Below, one piece after another: positions 19,544 through 30,337 of a DNA stretch of 57,161 bases. The notes below the pieces were generated by a model that was not told the origin of the DNA, searched no databases, and saw only the letters and a list, made by a program, of their open reading frames with translations. Origin of the DNA: Candidatus Poseidoniaceae archaeon. GTDB taxonomy: Archaea; Thermoplasmatota; Poseidoniia; Poseidoniales; Poseidoniaceae. Position 1 is the stretch's first letter. The number at the start of each line of letters is the position of its first letter. A program made the position numbers and the translations under genes. The stretch covers positions 1-57,161 of the forward strand of contig CALKDX010000002.1 in assembly GCA_938084455.1 (NCBI GenBank), written 5' to 3'.

Positions 19544-22500
19544 CTACCATCTTATCCTGTATGCAATCAATAATCCGCCAAGAATGGTTGGCACAAGGGC
19601 CATGGCCAATAATCCAAGAATCAAGCTCTGTACCTCACCCTCATCGTCCATTGCTTGAGGTTCGATTTCATCGGATGCAGTTTCGTTGCATGTGGTGACA
19701 AAGGGGTTGCATTCGATGCCGCTTTCTTCCTCTTCTGGTGTATCGTAATCCAAATCTTCTGTCAGGTCCTGGCACCCGTCTGCATCTGAGTCGGTGACGT
19801 TGTAAGATTGCCAATCCAAGTCGCCTTTTTGACACGAATCATCCAGATCAGTGACGCCATCATTGTCGTCATCGAGATCTTCTGTGGCGTCGCGGCATCC
19901 ATCGCCATCGTAGTCGAGCACGGAATCTGAAATCCAGTCCAGTTCCCCTACTGGACAGTTATCGTACAAATCTTCAACCCCGTCGTTATCATCATCAATG
20001 TCTTCAGTCAGGTCCTGACATCCATCAGAGTCATGATCTGTTGTTAAGTTTGATTCCCAGTTTAATTCACCATCGAGGCAGAAATCAACTGAATCCAAGA
20101 CAAGATCGTTATCGTCATCAAGATCTTCGAGTTGATCTTGACATCCATCCGAATCAAAATCCGTTAGGGAATTAGAAAACCAACCCAAATCCCCTGTAGG
20201 GCATTCATCGGTTATGTCCAAAACAAGGTCATTGTCGTCGTCGAGGTCTTCACCAGAATCCTGACAACCATCGCTGTCATAATCTGTTATGGGTGATGCA
20301 AGCCAATCGACATCCCCTGCACGACATTGGTCCAAGAGGTCGAGGATTCCATCGTTATCATCATCTGGGTCTTCAAGAAGGTCCAAACACCCATCTGAGT
20401 CCTTATCCAAGGTCGGAGAGGGAACCCAACCAACTGTTCCAAGAGGACATGTATCTTCCTCATCGGGATATGAATCATTGTCATCGTCTAAATCTTCATC
20501 ATCATCTCTACAGCCATCGCCGTCATGATCTGTCGCTTTGGTTGAACTCCAATTCACTGCACCCTTGCAGTCGTCAAAAATATCTGCGACTTTGTCATTA
20601 TCATCATCCGAATCCTCTGTTGCGTCCAAGCAACCATCGCCATCATAATCCAAAGTTGGGGATGATGTCCAATTTAAGGTACCAGATTTGCAAGAGTCGT
20701 AATCGTTCAATACCCCGTCATTGTCCCAATCATCGTCTTCATACGTGTCATAGCAGCCATCTTGGTCGTAATCAATGCCAGGTGTGGGCTCGGAAATCCA
20801 ACCAACGATTCCCTTCGGGCATGAATCCGCTTCATCAAGGATACCATCGTTATCGTCATCAGCATCTTCAACATCATCTTTGCATCCATCGGCATCGTGG
20901 TCCGTTCCTGATTCGGAAAGCCAATCAAGAATCGTGAACGGGCATAAATCGTTTGAATCGAACACACCATCATTGTCATCATCGACATCTTCCCCGGTGT
21001 CTTGGCAGCCGTCTGAATCAAAGTCGGTCTCAGCAGTTGGAGTCCATCCCACATCCCCTCGAGGACATGAATCTGCACCGTCAAAAATTGAATCGTTATC
21101 ATCATCAGTATCTTCCCCATCATCCCAGCAACCGTCGGCATCATGGTCTGTTGAAGGGCTGCTGATCCAGCCTAAATCTCCATAGTGGCAGTCATCGGAA
21201 ACATCGGGAACTTCATCATTGTCATCATCAAGGTCCTCTTCCATCGAAAAGAATCCGTTGTTCCACATGTCGTCCATACAGCCATCGCTGTCGTGATCAC
21301 CGAAGTTCGCAGAGGACCAGTTCCAGTGTGTAAATCTGGGGCAGAGATCATCGCTGTCAAGGACCCTGTCGTTATCGTCATCGAGGTCCTCCCCGACATC
21401 TCGGCAGCCGTCACCATCCCAGTCCGTAATCAGATTTTGATCAGGGTCCACGAACACTGAAATCCATCCAACATCACCTGTCTGACACGCATCGAGGTTA
21501 TCTGGCACCCCATCGTTGTCGTCATCGTTGTCTTCCGACGCATCATTGCATCCATCCGCATCGTGATCAGTGGTCGCATTTGAAGTCCAACCTAAATCTC
21601 CCGGCATGCATTGATCATCCACGTCGAGGATGAGATCATTGTCATCATCGTTGTCTTCTGTTGCGTCTCTACAGCCATCCGAATCATAATCATTGGCCGG
21701 ATTCGAAACCCAACCAAGTTCACCGAGGCGGCAATCGTCGTTCACGTCTGCCACGCCATCGTTATCGTCGTCTAAATCCTCTTGCGAATCTTGACAACCA
21801 TCGCTATCATAATCTGTTGCGTTAGATGAAACCCAACCGATGTCTCCTCGCACGCAAACATCCTCATTGTCGATGACTCCATCGTTGTCATCATCGGGAT
21901 CTTCTGTGAGGTCTTGGCAACCGTCCGAGTCGTAGTCATTGGCAGGGGTTGGCGTCCAGTTCATTTCCCCCTTTGGGCAGTTGTCGTTAAGATCAATGAC
22001 GCCGTCGTTATCATCATCCGTGTCTTCTAACGCATCTTGACAACCATCGCTGTCATAGTCGGTTGTACTATTTGATGTCCAACCAATGTCACCAGGGGTG
22101 CAATCATCCACGTTGTCTAAGTAGCCATCGTTATCATCGTCAGGATCCTCAGTGGAATCTCTACAACCATCACGGTCATGATCATTCGCAGTGGTGGAAG
22201 TCCACCCAAGTTCTCCGTACTGACAACGCTCATTGTCTTCCGAGAGTGTCCAATTACCGTCTAACCCTGCATCTGGAATGCCATCGTCGTCATCGTCAGA
22301 GTCGCATGGGTTCCCTGCGCCATCTGAATCATAATCCTCTTGTCCACTGTTGGAGTGATTGGGACAATTGTCGCTCGAATCTGAGACGCCATCATTGTCG
22401 TCATCTGCGTCTTCTGTGGAATCATTACAACCGTCGCCATCCCGGTCCGTGGCCCAGCTTACCGTCCATCCTAACGACCCTGTTGGGCACTCATCAGGAG

Positions 22501-24781
22501 CAATGTAGCGCCAACCATTGCTCCAACTGATGGCATAGCCGTTGTCACATGTACTTGCTGACTTCACTTGAGACCCTCCATAACTTGAGTTGCCACCTGT
22601 GTCGCACAAGTTATCGTTATCGTCATCCAGGTCTTCTCCAGCATCCCTGCAACCATCGCTATCGTGATCGGTGGAAGTGGATGGAGTCCAGCCCATGTCG
22701 CCCCTTGGGCAATCATCGAGGGTGTCAGCAATGCCGTCTTCATCATCGTCCAAATCTTCATTTGAGTAATCTTTGCAGCCATCGCCATCACGGTCTGTAA
22801 CTGAACTTGAAACCCAATTCAATTCGCCGATTTGGCAGTCGTCGACGTTGTCGTTTACGCCATCATTATCGTCATCTGAGTCTTCGACTGTGTCGAGACA
22901 ACCATCGGAATCGTAATCGTTGGAAGAACTGGAGGTCCAAGGTTGGTTGCCTTGGGCACATAGATCATCAACATCATCGACGCCATCGTTGTCATCATCA
23001 GGGTCGCAGACATCGCCAAGAGCGTCGAAGTCGTAGTTGCTTTGATCAGAATTTGAATCGAGTGGGCAATTGTCGCTGCTGTCAGCGTCCCCATCGTTAT
23101 CGTCATCGGAATCCTCAGATGTATCTTCACAGCCATCCCCATCGTTATCTGTAGCGGGTGTCGAGGTCCAGCCAAGCAAACCCTTCTCACACAGGTCAGA
23201 AGTATCGGCAACACCGTCATTGTCATCATCCGTGTCTTCACCTGCATCCCGGCAACCATCGCTGTCATGGTCGGTTGATGACGATGGCGTCCAGCCAACG
23301 TCCCCCGTTGGGCATTGATCGCTTCCGTCAGCGATTCCATCATTGTCGTCGTCTCCGTCTTCACCGCTGTCTTGACAACCATCGCCGTCGTTGTCTGTTG
23401 CCCCAGACGAGACCCAGTTGAGGTCGCCGTCAGGGCAGTCATCTGAACCATCAAGGATACCGTCGTTGTCTCGATCATCGTCCTCGCTGCCATCTTGGCA
23501 ACCATCGCTATCGTAGTCATTGGTAGGCGTTGAAGTCCATCCAAGGTCGCCCGTTGGACAGTTGTCATTGCTATCGACGACACCATCGTTGTCGTCGTCA
23601 GTGTCTTCTCCGCTGTCTTGGCAACCGTCAGAATCGTAATCGGTGCCGAGCGAAGGTGACCACCCCACATCACCGGTTGGGCAGTTGTCGCTACCGTCGG
23701 AGATGCCATCGTTATCGTCATCCGTGTCTTCTGGAGAAGCGTCTTCACATCCATCACCGTCGTTATCAGTTCCTGGTGTTGAAGTCCAACCAAGATTCCC
23801 TGTGGGGCAATCATCGACAGAATCCTCGACATCATCGTTGTCATCATCATTGTCTTCATTGCTGTCTTGGCAACCGTCAGAATCGTAATCGGTGCCGAGC
23901 GAAGGTGACCACCCCATATCGCCTGTTTGGCAATCGTCCGTGGAGTCGAGGACACTGTCGTTATCATCATCCGTGTCTTCAGCAGCATCTTGACAACCAT
24001 CGGTGTCGTAGTCAGTGCCCCCATTTGAGACCCAGCCTGTGTCTCCAGGGGTGCAATCATCGTCGCCGTCATCGACGCCGTCGTTATCGTCGTCGGTGTC
24101 CTCAACAGCATCTTGACATCCATCATTATCATAATCTGTGGCAGCGGAAGAAACCCAATTCAAATCACCAGTCGGGCAATCATCAAAAGGATCCGGACGG
24201 GTGTCGTTATCGTCATCGATGTCTTCTGTAGCGGAATCTAAACATCCATCGGAATCGTAGTCGGTCGTTGAGGAAGGAGTCCAGCCAACCTCACCGGTAG
24301 GACAATCATCTGAACCATCAGGGATAGAATCATTGTCGTCATCTGAGTCTTCGGGAGTGTTGTCCCTGCACCCATCACCATCGTGGTCGGTCGAAGTTGA
24401 AGAAGTCCAACCAAGAACTCCTTTAGCGCATGTGTCATCATTATCCAAGACGCCATCATTGTCATCATCATCGTCCTCATCGGAATCACGGCACCCATCA
24501 GAATCGTGATCGGTAACAGACGTTGAATTCCAACCTGTAACGCCGTTGGGACATGCATCGTCTCCGTCAGAGACATTGTCGCCATCAGAATCGCTTCTAG
24601 CCCCGGTTTCGAGAAGGGCGAATGGGTCTTCTAACTCGAGGGATGCTGGTTGGAGTGCGACGGAAACAGAACTGAAAATAAACAAGGCCAGGGTGGCAAA
24701 AACGGCTAACTTTTTGCGCGTCGCCTCCCCATCCATGAAGAAAGGTGGGAGAGTGGTCTTTTTATCCTTCCGTCCATCCAT
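19544..24781 (-). CDS. Giant Asp-rich thrombospondin type-3-like (Ca-binding) repeat protein, membrane anchored
   Basis: About 36 copies of DxDDDNDGxxDxxDxCPxGxxGWxSxxxTDxDxDGCxDxxE plus two canonical TSP3-type units (DNCP...Q..D.D..G..CD); N-terminal hydrophobic helix and C-terminal TM; start taken as the ATG after GGTGA (alternative 24736). Confidence 0.88.
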   Translation of the reverse strand: MDGRKDKKTTLPPFFMDGEATRKKLAVFATLALFIFSSVSVALQPASLELEDPFALLETGARSDSDGDNVSDGDDACPNGVTGWNSTSVTDHDSDGCRDSDEDDDDDNDGVLDNDDTCAKGVLGWTSSTSTDHDGDGCRDNTPEDSDDDNDSIPDGSDDCPTGEVGWTPSSTTDYDSDGCLDSATEDIDDDNDTRPDPFDDCPTGDLNWVSSAATDYDNDGCQDAVEDTDDDNDGVDDGDDDCTPGDTGWVSNGGTDYDTDGCQDAAEDTDDDNDSVLDSTDDCQTGDMGWSPSLGTDYDSDGCQDSNEDNDDDNDDVEDSVDDCPTGNLGWTSTPGTDNDGDGCEDASPEDTDDDNDGISDGSDNCPTGDVGWSPSLGTDYDSDGCQDSGEDTDDDNDGVVDSNDNCPTGDLGWTSTPTNDYDSDGCQDGSEDDDRDNDGILDGSDDCPDGDLNWVSSGATDNDGDGCQDSGEDGDDDNDGIADGSDQCPTGDVGWTPSSSTDHDSDGCRDAGEDTDDDNDGVADTSDLCEKGLLGWTSTPATDNDGDGCEDTSEDSDDDNDGDADSSDNCPLDSNSDQSNYDFDALGDVCDPDDDNDGVDDVDDLCAQGNQPWTSSSSNDYDSDGCLDTVEDSDDDNDGVNDNVDDCQIGELNWVSSSVTDRDGDGCKDYSNEDLDDDEDGIADTLDDCPRGDMGWTPSTSTDHDSDGCRDAGEDLDDDNDNLCDTGGNSSYGGSQVKSASTCDNGYAISWSNGWRYIAPDECPTGSLGWTVSWATDRDGDGCNDSTEDADDDNDGVSDSSDNCPNHSNSGQEDYDSDGAGNPCDSDDDDDGIPDAGLDGNWTLSEDNERCQYGELGWTSTTANDHDRDGCRDSTEDPDDDNDGYLDNVDDCTPGDIGWTSNSTTDYDSDGCQDALEDTDDDNDGVIDLNDNCPKGEMNWTPTPANDYDSDGCQDLTEDPDDDNDGVIDNEDVCVRGDIGWVSSNATDYDSDGCQDSQEDLDDDNDGVADVNDDCRLGELGWVSNPANDYDSDGCRDATEDNDDDNDLILDVDDQCMPGDLGWTSNATTDHDADGCNDASEDNDDDNDGVPDNLDACQTGDVGWISVFVDPDQNLITDWDGDGCRDVGEDLDDDNDRVLDSDDLCPRFTHWNWSSANFGDHDSDGCMDDMWNNGFFSMEEDLDDDNDEVPDVSDDCHYGDLGWISSPSTDHDADGCWDDGEDTDDDNDSIFDGADSCPRGDVGWTPTAETDFDSDGCQDTGEDVDDDNDGVFDSNDLCPFTILDWLSESGTDHDADGCKDDVEDADDDNDGILDEADSCPKGIVGWISEPTPGIDYDQDGCYDTYEDDDWDNDGVLNDYDSCKSGTLNWTSSPTLDYDGDGCLDATEDSDDDNDKVADIFDDCKGAVNWSSTKATDHDGDGCRDDDEDLDDDNDSYPDEEDTCPLGTVGWVPSPTLDKDSDGCLDLLEDPDDDNDGILDLLDQCRAGDVDWLASPITDYDSDGCQDSGEDLDDDNDLVLDITDECPTGDLGWFSNSLTDFDSDGCQDQLEDLDDDNDLVLDSVDFCLDGELNWESNLTTDHDSDGCQDLTEDIDDDNDGVEDLYDNCPVGELDWISDSVLDYDGDGCRDATEDLDDDNDGVTDLDDSCQKGDLDWQSYNVTDSDADGCQDLTEDLDYDTPEEEESGIECNPFVTTCNETASDEIEPQAMDDEGEVQSLILGLLAMALVPTILGGLLIAYRIRW
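23612..23916. repeat. Perfect 56-bp direct repeat pair (23612-23667 and 23861-23916) inside the repeat gene
   Basis: GCTGTCTTGGCAACCGTCAGAATCGTAATCGGTGCCGAGCGAAGGTGACCACCCCA occurs twice, 249 bp (83 codons, two repeat units) apart. Confidence 0.9.
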
Positions 24782-24894
24782 GGAATCACCATATTCTCTA
24801 TCTGTTCTTTTGTCTCTGCTTCCACTTAGATGTATTGACAGGGTCGTCAACTCGGACGCAAAGAACTTCATGCCATAAACACCGACGAAGTGTT

Positions 24895-25326
24895 ATGCGA
24901 GGGGTGCGGTTTTTTGGCAATCCCGACTTGAACCTTGATTGGCTGCAAAACGAGGGTTGGACCATCCTCAAGGATGGCCGAGGCGGGAGTCGAGTCCTCA
25001 TCTGCACCTTTGACAATCAAGCCAAAGATCCACTCGAACGCCTTGGAGGGACCATTGCCCCGATGTGCAAAGCGATGAATCATGTTGAACAGGGATCAGT
25101 GGACCGCGTTGTTTTGGTCACTGACGGAGCCGGTTACGCTGGGACACGTCGTGTGGCCCAATCTCCGACCAGTGCCACGTTCATTGATGAACACGGCATG
25201 GGGAGTCTCACCTCAGAGATTCTCACCAGCATTGCATCCAAAGCTGGCGTAAACGTGAGCATTATTCGAGGCATCCCTGAGCGCGAAGAAACGGTACGCA
25301 AAGCCATCATTGAGGCACTGAAATAA
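24895..25326 (+). CDS. Hypothetical protein, possibly a degenerate Rossmann/SDR-like fold
   Basis: 143 aa from the ATG at 24895; VDRVVLVT..and SLTSEILTSIASKAGVNVSII resemble SDR C-terminal elements, but there is no GxxxGxG or YxxxK. Confidence 0.6.
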   Translation: MRGVRFFGNPDLNLDWLQNEGWTILKDGRGGSRVLICTFDNQAKDPLERLGGTIAPMCKAMNHVEQGSVDRVVLVTDGAGYAGTRRVAQSPTSATFIDEHGMGSLTSEILTSIASKAGVNVSIIRGIPEREETVRKAIIEALK

Positions 25327-25366
25327 CCTCAAGGTGTTCAAGTAGGTGCTACGCCCCCCCGGAATC

Positions 25367-25651
25367 ATGAGCGAAGAATCTGTCCTCAATGATGCGGCAA
25401 ACGCAGGTACACAATTTCTCTTGTACACGGGTAATTTCTGTGGTTATTGCACTGCAGCAAAGCGGTTGCTGGACGGAAAAGGCTTGACCTATACAGAGTT
25501 GAATTTCGACGCTGGAGATGCACAAAGAAGCGAAGTTGTTGCGGCGACTGGGCACCGAACGGTTCCCGTTGTGCTTGATATTCGAAAGGAACAACCGATG
25601 TTTATCGGTGGATTTACAGAACTACAATCCTACTTGTCCAAGGGCAACTAA
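25367..25651 (+). CDS. Glutaredoxin
   Basis: CGYC active site, RTVPVV cis-Pro motif, FIGGF. Confidence 0.92.
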   Translation: MSEESVLNDAANAGTQFLLYTGNFCGYCTAAKRLLDGKGLTYTELNFDAGDAQRSEVVAATGHRTVPVVLDIRKEQPMFIGGFTELQSYLSKGN

Positions 25652-26236
25652 CCATTCTTTGAGAGCATCGTGGTGCTCCATCGGAATCATGTGACCCTTG
25701 GGGTGCTCTATGAGTTCAAGCGCCCACCCGGCGGCCTCGAAGGTGTGTGCGACCGCCCATCCGTCCTGAATCGAAACTCGGACGTCGCGTTCCCCATGCA
25801 TCCAGAAAAGATGTTTCGGGCCGAGTTCTGCTAAACGAAGGCCAAGTTCCATGCCCCGTACCAGCCGCGTTCCAATGGCGATCACGCCAATGATTCGGTC
25901 CGCCATGGGCAGTTGGAGCATTTCTTGGGCCATCGCCCCACCTTGGGAGAAACCACCCACGACGAGAGGACCCATTGGTGCGTGTTCAGCAATCAATTGC
26001 TCGAGTTGAGACAGGCTTGAATCCACATCGATTAGTTCCCGCCTCGAGAGGTTCATGCGCCGAGTTGCGTCTGCGTCTTCATCCTCATAGCGCCACCAAG
26101 TTCGACCTCGGCGTGGGTGCATGTACCTCGCTTCTGGAACAATTAACGTCCAACCTTCAGGGAGGATTTTTTCGGCAAAGGGTCGCATCATTGCAGCATT
26201 GCCAGTCATGCCATGCATCATCACTAATGTCGGCAT
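25622..26236 (-). CDS. Phospholipase/carboxylesterase (alpha/beta hydrolase)
   Basis: MHG, GFSQGG nucleophile elbow, HGERD, KGH catalytic triad motifs. Confidence 0.9.
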   Translation of the reverse strand: MPTLVMMHGMTGNAAMMRPFAEKILPEGWTLIVPEARYMHPRRGRTWWRYEDEDADATRRMNLSRRELIDVDSSLSQLEQLIAEHAPMGPLVVGGFSQGGAMAQEMLQLPMADRIIGVIAIGTRLVRGMELGLRLAELGPKHLFWMHGERDVRVSIQDGWAVAHTFEAAGWALELIEHPKGHMIPMEHHDALKEWLVALGQVGL

Positions 26237-26246
26237 AGCAACGGCC

Positions 26247-27218
26247 TCAAAGCGAATATTGGAAAACCTGAGCACCTGCAACACGCAAATGGACAAATGA
26301 GTCCGGCCCACGAACGGTTACGGTAAGTGAATACTCGCCGGTGTTGGAAGGAATGGTGCCAATGGCACCTTTTTCAGTTGCTCCTGAACCCCATGCGCGA
26401 GTCAGTGGGGAAGCGCCTGCATGGTCCTTCATCGACAAGGATCCAGAAGAGCCTCCAGTCGAAGCGATTTCCACGTCAAGGTACCACACAAGTGTGTCCC
26501 AATCACCATCATTTGGGTGGCCTTCATCGACAAATGTGTCATAGATTTCTTGGTCATTTTCCTCATACAAACTGTCGAGTAGGTCCCTTGCACGGTAGAA
26601 ATAGACATCACCGGAATAGCCGCTTCGTGCGACATTGAGGTCCATACGCAATTGGCGCACATCATCTGCGTCGATCCAAACGAAGGATTCCATGAAGCCT
26701 TTCGAGCCGCTGAACGTATATCGCAATTCATGCCCTTCAGCAGAAACAGCTGTGACACGAGCGTTCCCATTGGTGATTGAATCTGTGGTTGCTGTCCACT
26801 CTTGCCCAAGTAAGGTGAACGACCATGTGTCACCAATCGTCCATGGGAAAGAAAACACTGACTGTGGTTCTCCGTTTTCATACACCGACAGACCATCAAT
26901 CGTAACTCGACCTAAAAACGGATTGTGATTGATCACAGCATGGCGTTGTGCCTCTCGTTCAGATGAGATTCCTAATTGATACAGGCCCTCTGACTCATCG
27001 ATTTCAGCAACCACCAAACGAGCACTGTCCTCGCCAAATTGCGGGGTGATGAAGGTGTAAAGCCACTGGTCGCCAACCTCCCACTCTGGTAGAAGTTTCT
27101 GCGCTTCAGTCGTTGTGTCTGGAGAAGAGCCTTCTGTCGCACCACCAGTGCAGCCTGCAAGCGTGGTTGAACACACAAACAGAAGCACAAGCGTAAGTGC
27201 ACGGGTCTGTCCCTTCAT
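26247..27218 (-). CDS. Hypothetical lipoprotein
   Basis: Signal peptide with lipobox LAGC; PEWEVGDQWLY motif; TATA-like box upstream of the ATG at 27218. Confidence 0.8.
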   Translation of the reverse strand: MKGQTRALTLVLLFVCSTTLAGCTGGATEGSSPDTTTEAQKLLPEWEVGDQWLYTFITPQFGEDSARLVVAEIDESEGLYQLGISSEREAQRHAVINHNPFLGRVTIDGLSVYENGEPQSVFSFPWTIGDTWSFTLLGQEWTATTDSITNGNARVTAVSAEGHELRYTFSGSKGFMESFVWIDADDVRQLRMDLNVARSGYSGDVYFYRARDLLDSLYEENDQEIYDTFVDEGHPNDGDWDTLVWYLDVEIASTGGSSGSLSMKDHAGASPLTRAWGSGATEKGAIGTIPSNTGEYSLTVTVRGPDSFVHLRVAGAQVFQYSL

Positions 27219-27266
27219 GGTATGTCCTACCATGAGGCCTTCATGAGCCTAACGCTCTAACGCGCC

Positions 27267-29414
27267 TCAAACAAGTTGCCCGGTGCCAGCCAATACAACG
27301 GCAACAATGGACATCAATTTGATGAGAATGTTGAGTGATGGACCAGAGGTGTCCTTGAATGGGTCTCCGATCGTGTCACCGATGACGGCTGCTTCGTGAG
27401 CATCATCGCCCTTCTTTGCGCCTTCAATGTGACCTTGTTCAATTGCTTTCTTTGCGTTGTCCCAAGCGCCACCGGCGTTTGCCATGAACAGAGCCATGAG
27501 GACACCAGTTACGAGGGAACCTGCAAGAAGTCCACCCAGGGCATCTGCGCCAAGAGCGAGACCGACGATGACCGGTGCGAGGACGGCGACAACACCTGGA
27601 CCGACCATTTCTCGCAGAGCAGCCTTGGTCGAGATATCGACGCATGTTTGTGAGTCAGGATACGTCATGTCACCTGCAACGACCTTTTCAGGCCATGTTG
27701 TGGCGTCTTCGATGTCGCCATCGAACGAGGAGTCCTTGGACAAAGTTTCTCGCATGATCGCAAATTGGCGTCGAATTTCAACCACCATGTCGCCTGCTGC
27801 CTTGCCGACCGAAGTCATGGTCATAGCAGCGACAACAAACGGTAGACCACCGCCAATGAGGAGGCCGATAACGACCATTGGGTTTGTCAATGTCAAGTCT
27901 AGATTGGATGGGCCGACAGCTGCGGTGTAAGCTGCAAAGAGTGCAAGTGCGGTCAATGCGGCAGATCCAATTGCGAATCCTTTTCCAACTGCTGCAGTTG
28001 TGTTTCCAATTGAATCGAGTTCATCGGTGATTGCTCGAACATCAGAACCGAGTCCGCTCATCTCAGCAATTCCACCTGCGTTGTCAGCAACTGGTCCGTA
28101 AGCATCGACGGTCATGGTCACACCGACTGTAGCAAGCATGCCCATTGCCGCCATTGCGATGCAATAGAGGCCGAAATCATCTCCACCGAAGTGGTTTGCT
28201 CCAAAGATACCCGCAGCAATCAGAATGATTGGGATGAAGGTTGACATCATGCCGACTGAAAGTCCGGCAATGGCGTTGGTTGCAGGTCCAGTCTTGGACA
28301 TTTCACCGATGTGAGGGATGGCTTTGGTTTTGATTCCAAAGACGGGTTCGATTCCAGTGTAGTATTCTGTAATGAGACCGATTGCGATTCCGACAACACT
28401 GCCCAAAACAACCGAATGCATGACTCCAGAACTCACATCAATCAATCCGAGTCCTGAATATTCGAAGCCGGCGATTGAACCGCTTTCGAGCGAAAGGTAT
28501 CCGCCAATCCAGAACAGTAGGGCTGCGATGAAGGTGGTGTTGCGAAGAGCTGCTGCTGCGTCTTTGCCGTTCTTTAGAACAAACATTGAGAACACACCAA
28601 TGATGGAGGCGACGTATCCGATTAGGCCGAGCATAATCGGCATCATGATGTAGTCGGAAGCACCGGCAAAGTCCTCAGAACTTGCGATGATCATAGCAGC
28701 GATGATTGAACCCACAAAGGATTCGAAGATGTCAGCACCCATCCCTGCGACGTCACCAACGTTGTCACCGACGTTGTCAGCAATGACACCGGGGTTTCGT
28801 GGGTCGTCCTCAGGAATTCCTGCTTCGACCTTACCAACGAGGTCTGCACCGACATCAGCAGCCTTGGTGTAGATACCGCCACCAACACGAGCGAAGAGCG
28901 CAATGGATGAGGCACCCATACCGAATCCTGCAGCTGCGGAAAGGTCAGGGTTGGCATCGCCAGCTCCAAGCCAATACGCAACTAGAGAGATACCGAGAAG
29001 CCCGAGTCCACCAACTGAAAGACCCATAACGGCCCCTCCGTTGTACGATACGGCTAATGCTCCAGCCTTACCGTCGTTCTTAGCAGCCATGGTTGTTCGA
29101 CCGTTGGCTGATGTTGCAGCACGCATTCCAGAGAAGCCAGCAGCAACAGATGCAAGTGCACCTCCAAAGAAGGCAAGAGCGGTGTTCATGTCATTGAGTT
29201 GTGTAAGAGCAGCTCCGACAACCACGACGAATATGGCAAGAACTCGGTATTCTGCAAAGAGGAACGCCATGGCGCCTTTTTGAATTTCTTCGGTGATGTT
29301 GGCAACCTTATCGTTGTCAATTTTCACTTTGTTCACTTGTTGATACAGCATAAACGCAATCGCAAGTCCAAACAAACCTGCACCTGCGGCAATCATCGGT
29401 ATATTATCCATCAT
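27267..29414 (-). CDS. hppA: Membrane-bound K+-dependent (probably Na+-translocating) pyrophosphatase
   Basis: [45 protein letters not shown] (Ala marks the K+-dependent class), [14 protein letters not shown]. Confidence 0.95.
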   Translation of the reverse strand: MMDNIPMIAAGAGLFGLAIAFMLYQQVNKVKIDNDKVANITEEIQKGAMAFLFAEYRVLAIFVVVVGAALTQLNDMNTALAFFGGALASVAAGFSGMRAATSANGRTTMAAKNDGKAGALAVSYNGGAVMGLSVGGLGLLGISLVAYWLGAGDANPDLSAAAGFGMGASSIALFARVGGGIYTKAADVGADLVGKVEAGIPEDDPRNPGVIADNVGDNVGDVAGMGADIFESFVGSIIAAMIIASSEDFAGASDYIMMPIMLGLIGYVASIIGVFSMFVLKNGKDAAAALRNTTFIAALLFWIGGYLSLESGSIAGFEYSGLGLIDVSSGVMHSVVLGSVVGIAIGLITEYYTGIEPVFGIKTKAIPHIGEMSKTGPATNAIAGLSVGMMSTFIPIILIAAGIFGANHFGGDDFGLYCIAMAAMGMLATVGVTMTVDAYGPVADNAGGIAEMSGLGSDVRAITDELDSIGNTTAAVGKGFAIGSAALTALALFAAYTAAVGPSNLDLTLTNPMVVIGLLIGGGLPFVVAAMTMTSVGKAAGDMVVEIRRQFAIMRETLSKDSSFDGDIEDATTWPEKVVAGDMTYPDSQTCVDISTKAALREMVGPGVVAVLAPVIVGLALGADALGGLLAGSLVTGVLMALFMANAGGAWDNAKKAIEQGHIEGAKKGDDAHEAAVIGDTIGDPFKDTSGPSLNILIKLMSIVAVVLAGTGQLV

Positions 29415-29579
29415 AACAGAACACCTGTGCCTCGGCGACCAAAGAACCCCTCATAAGTGGTTCGCCTTGTAAAACCCGTACTATTGCCCTTTTTGGCCCA
29501 TTTTCTGAATCGCCGAAAGCACTCACACCCTCATGCGAACGAAGCAATCGTTGAAAGAGGAGAAACCTGAGGGAGCGGC

Positions 29580-29915
29580 ATGACCATGACAGCCGAGGAG
29601 GTGCTTGCCGAGATTGGACCTGTCCAGGAAATCCTTGACGAGCATGATGGAGTAGTTACCGTCCTTGATACAAGCGATGGCAACATTATGCTCTCGCTTG
29701 ATGGAGGCTGCAATGGATGCTCTTCGACACCAATGACGGCAATGCAGATTTACTATTCACTGAAAAAACTCGAGGCCATCAACGATGTCATCTTCGTCAA
29801 CGGCGAACTTCCTGAATACATGCGCACCTTCATTGACCAGAAAATGGCAAAAGAATCCCTTGAGAACACCACAAGCGATGAAGATGGTCCACAACCCAAA
29901 GGCGAGATTGTTTGA
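29580..29915 (+). CDS. NifU/NfuA C-terminal domain Fe-S carrier
   Basis: HDGVV..LSLDGGCNGCSST CxxC motif. Confidence 0.85.
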   Translation: MTMTAEEVLAEIGPVQEILDEHDGVVTVLDTSDGNIMLSLDGGCNGCSSTPMTAMQIYYSLKKLEAINDVIFVNGELPEYMRTFIDQKMAKESLENTTSDEDGPQPKGEIV

Positions 29916-30245
29916 TCATTCTTCTTTGTCTTCCTTCCCAATGGTGTGTGGATTCGCTCCGAACGATACGTTCTCGCCTTTGATGTTCATACGGGCGGAA
30001 ATAGCGATGACAATGCAGACCAATGACAGTGGCTTAGGTAGGTAATTGGACCCCCATAATTCGCCACCGGAAAGGGACAGCCACCACAATACCCCGGCAG
30101 CAGCAATTAAACTCCCAGCAATCAGATTTTGCACCAAACGCTCCACGGGTGGAGAACGGGAAAAAGTGGCGATGAAGGTGAATAAAACGGCTGAAAAACC
30201 GCACAAACCCTCTGCCAAATGCTCGATGGTTGTTGGTTCGACCAT
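29916..30245 (-). CDS. Hypothetical membrane protein (about 3 TM)
   Basis: 109 aa, hydrophobic; TATA-like box 21 nt upstream. Confidence 0.75.
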   Translation of the reverse strand: MVEPTTIEHLAEGLCGFSAVLFTFIATFSRSPPVERLVQNLIAGSLIAAAGVLWWLSLSGGELWGSNYLPKPLSLVCIVIAISARMNIKGENVSFGANPHTIGKEDKEE

Positions 30246-30337
30246 GGTTTAGGGCAGGGGCCGGAGTTCTTCAATGTGCAGACAAAGGAAACCTTCGGAG
30301 GGGAATGTTTGACAAGGGTCAGCGTCCCAGTTAAATC

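Noticed and set aside
22855-24132. 425-aa Met/Thr-rich ORF, plus His/Arg-rich and Ser-rich ORFs in 20287-24585
   Set aside because: Alternative-frame readings of GAT/GAC-rich Asp repeats; no independent start signals
19700-24600. Periodic DNA repeats suggesting a CRISPR array
   Set aside because: The ~123-bp period is in frame and degenerate at third codon positions, so these are protein repeats; no cas genes are present
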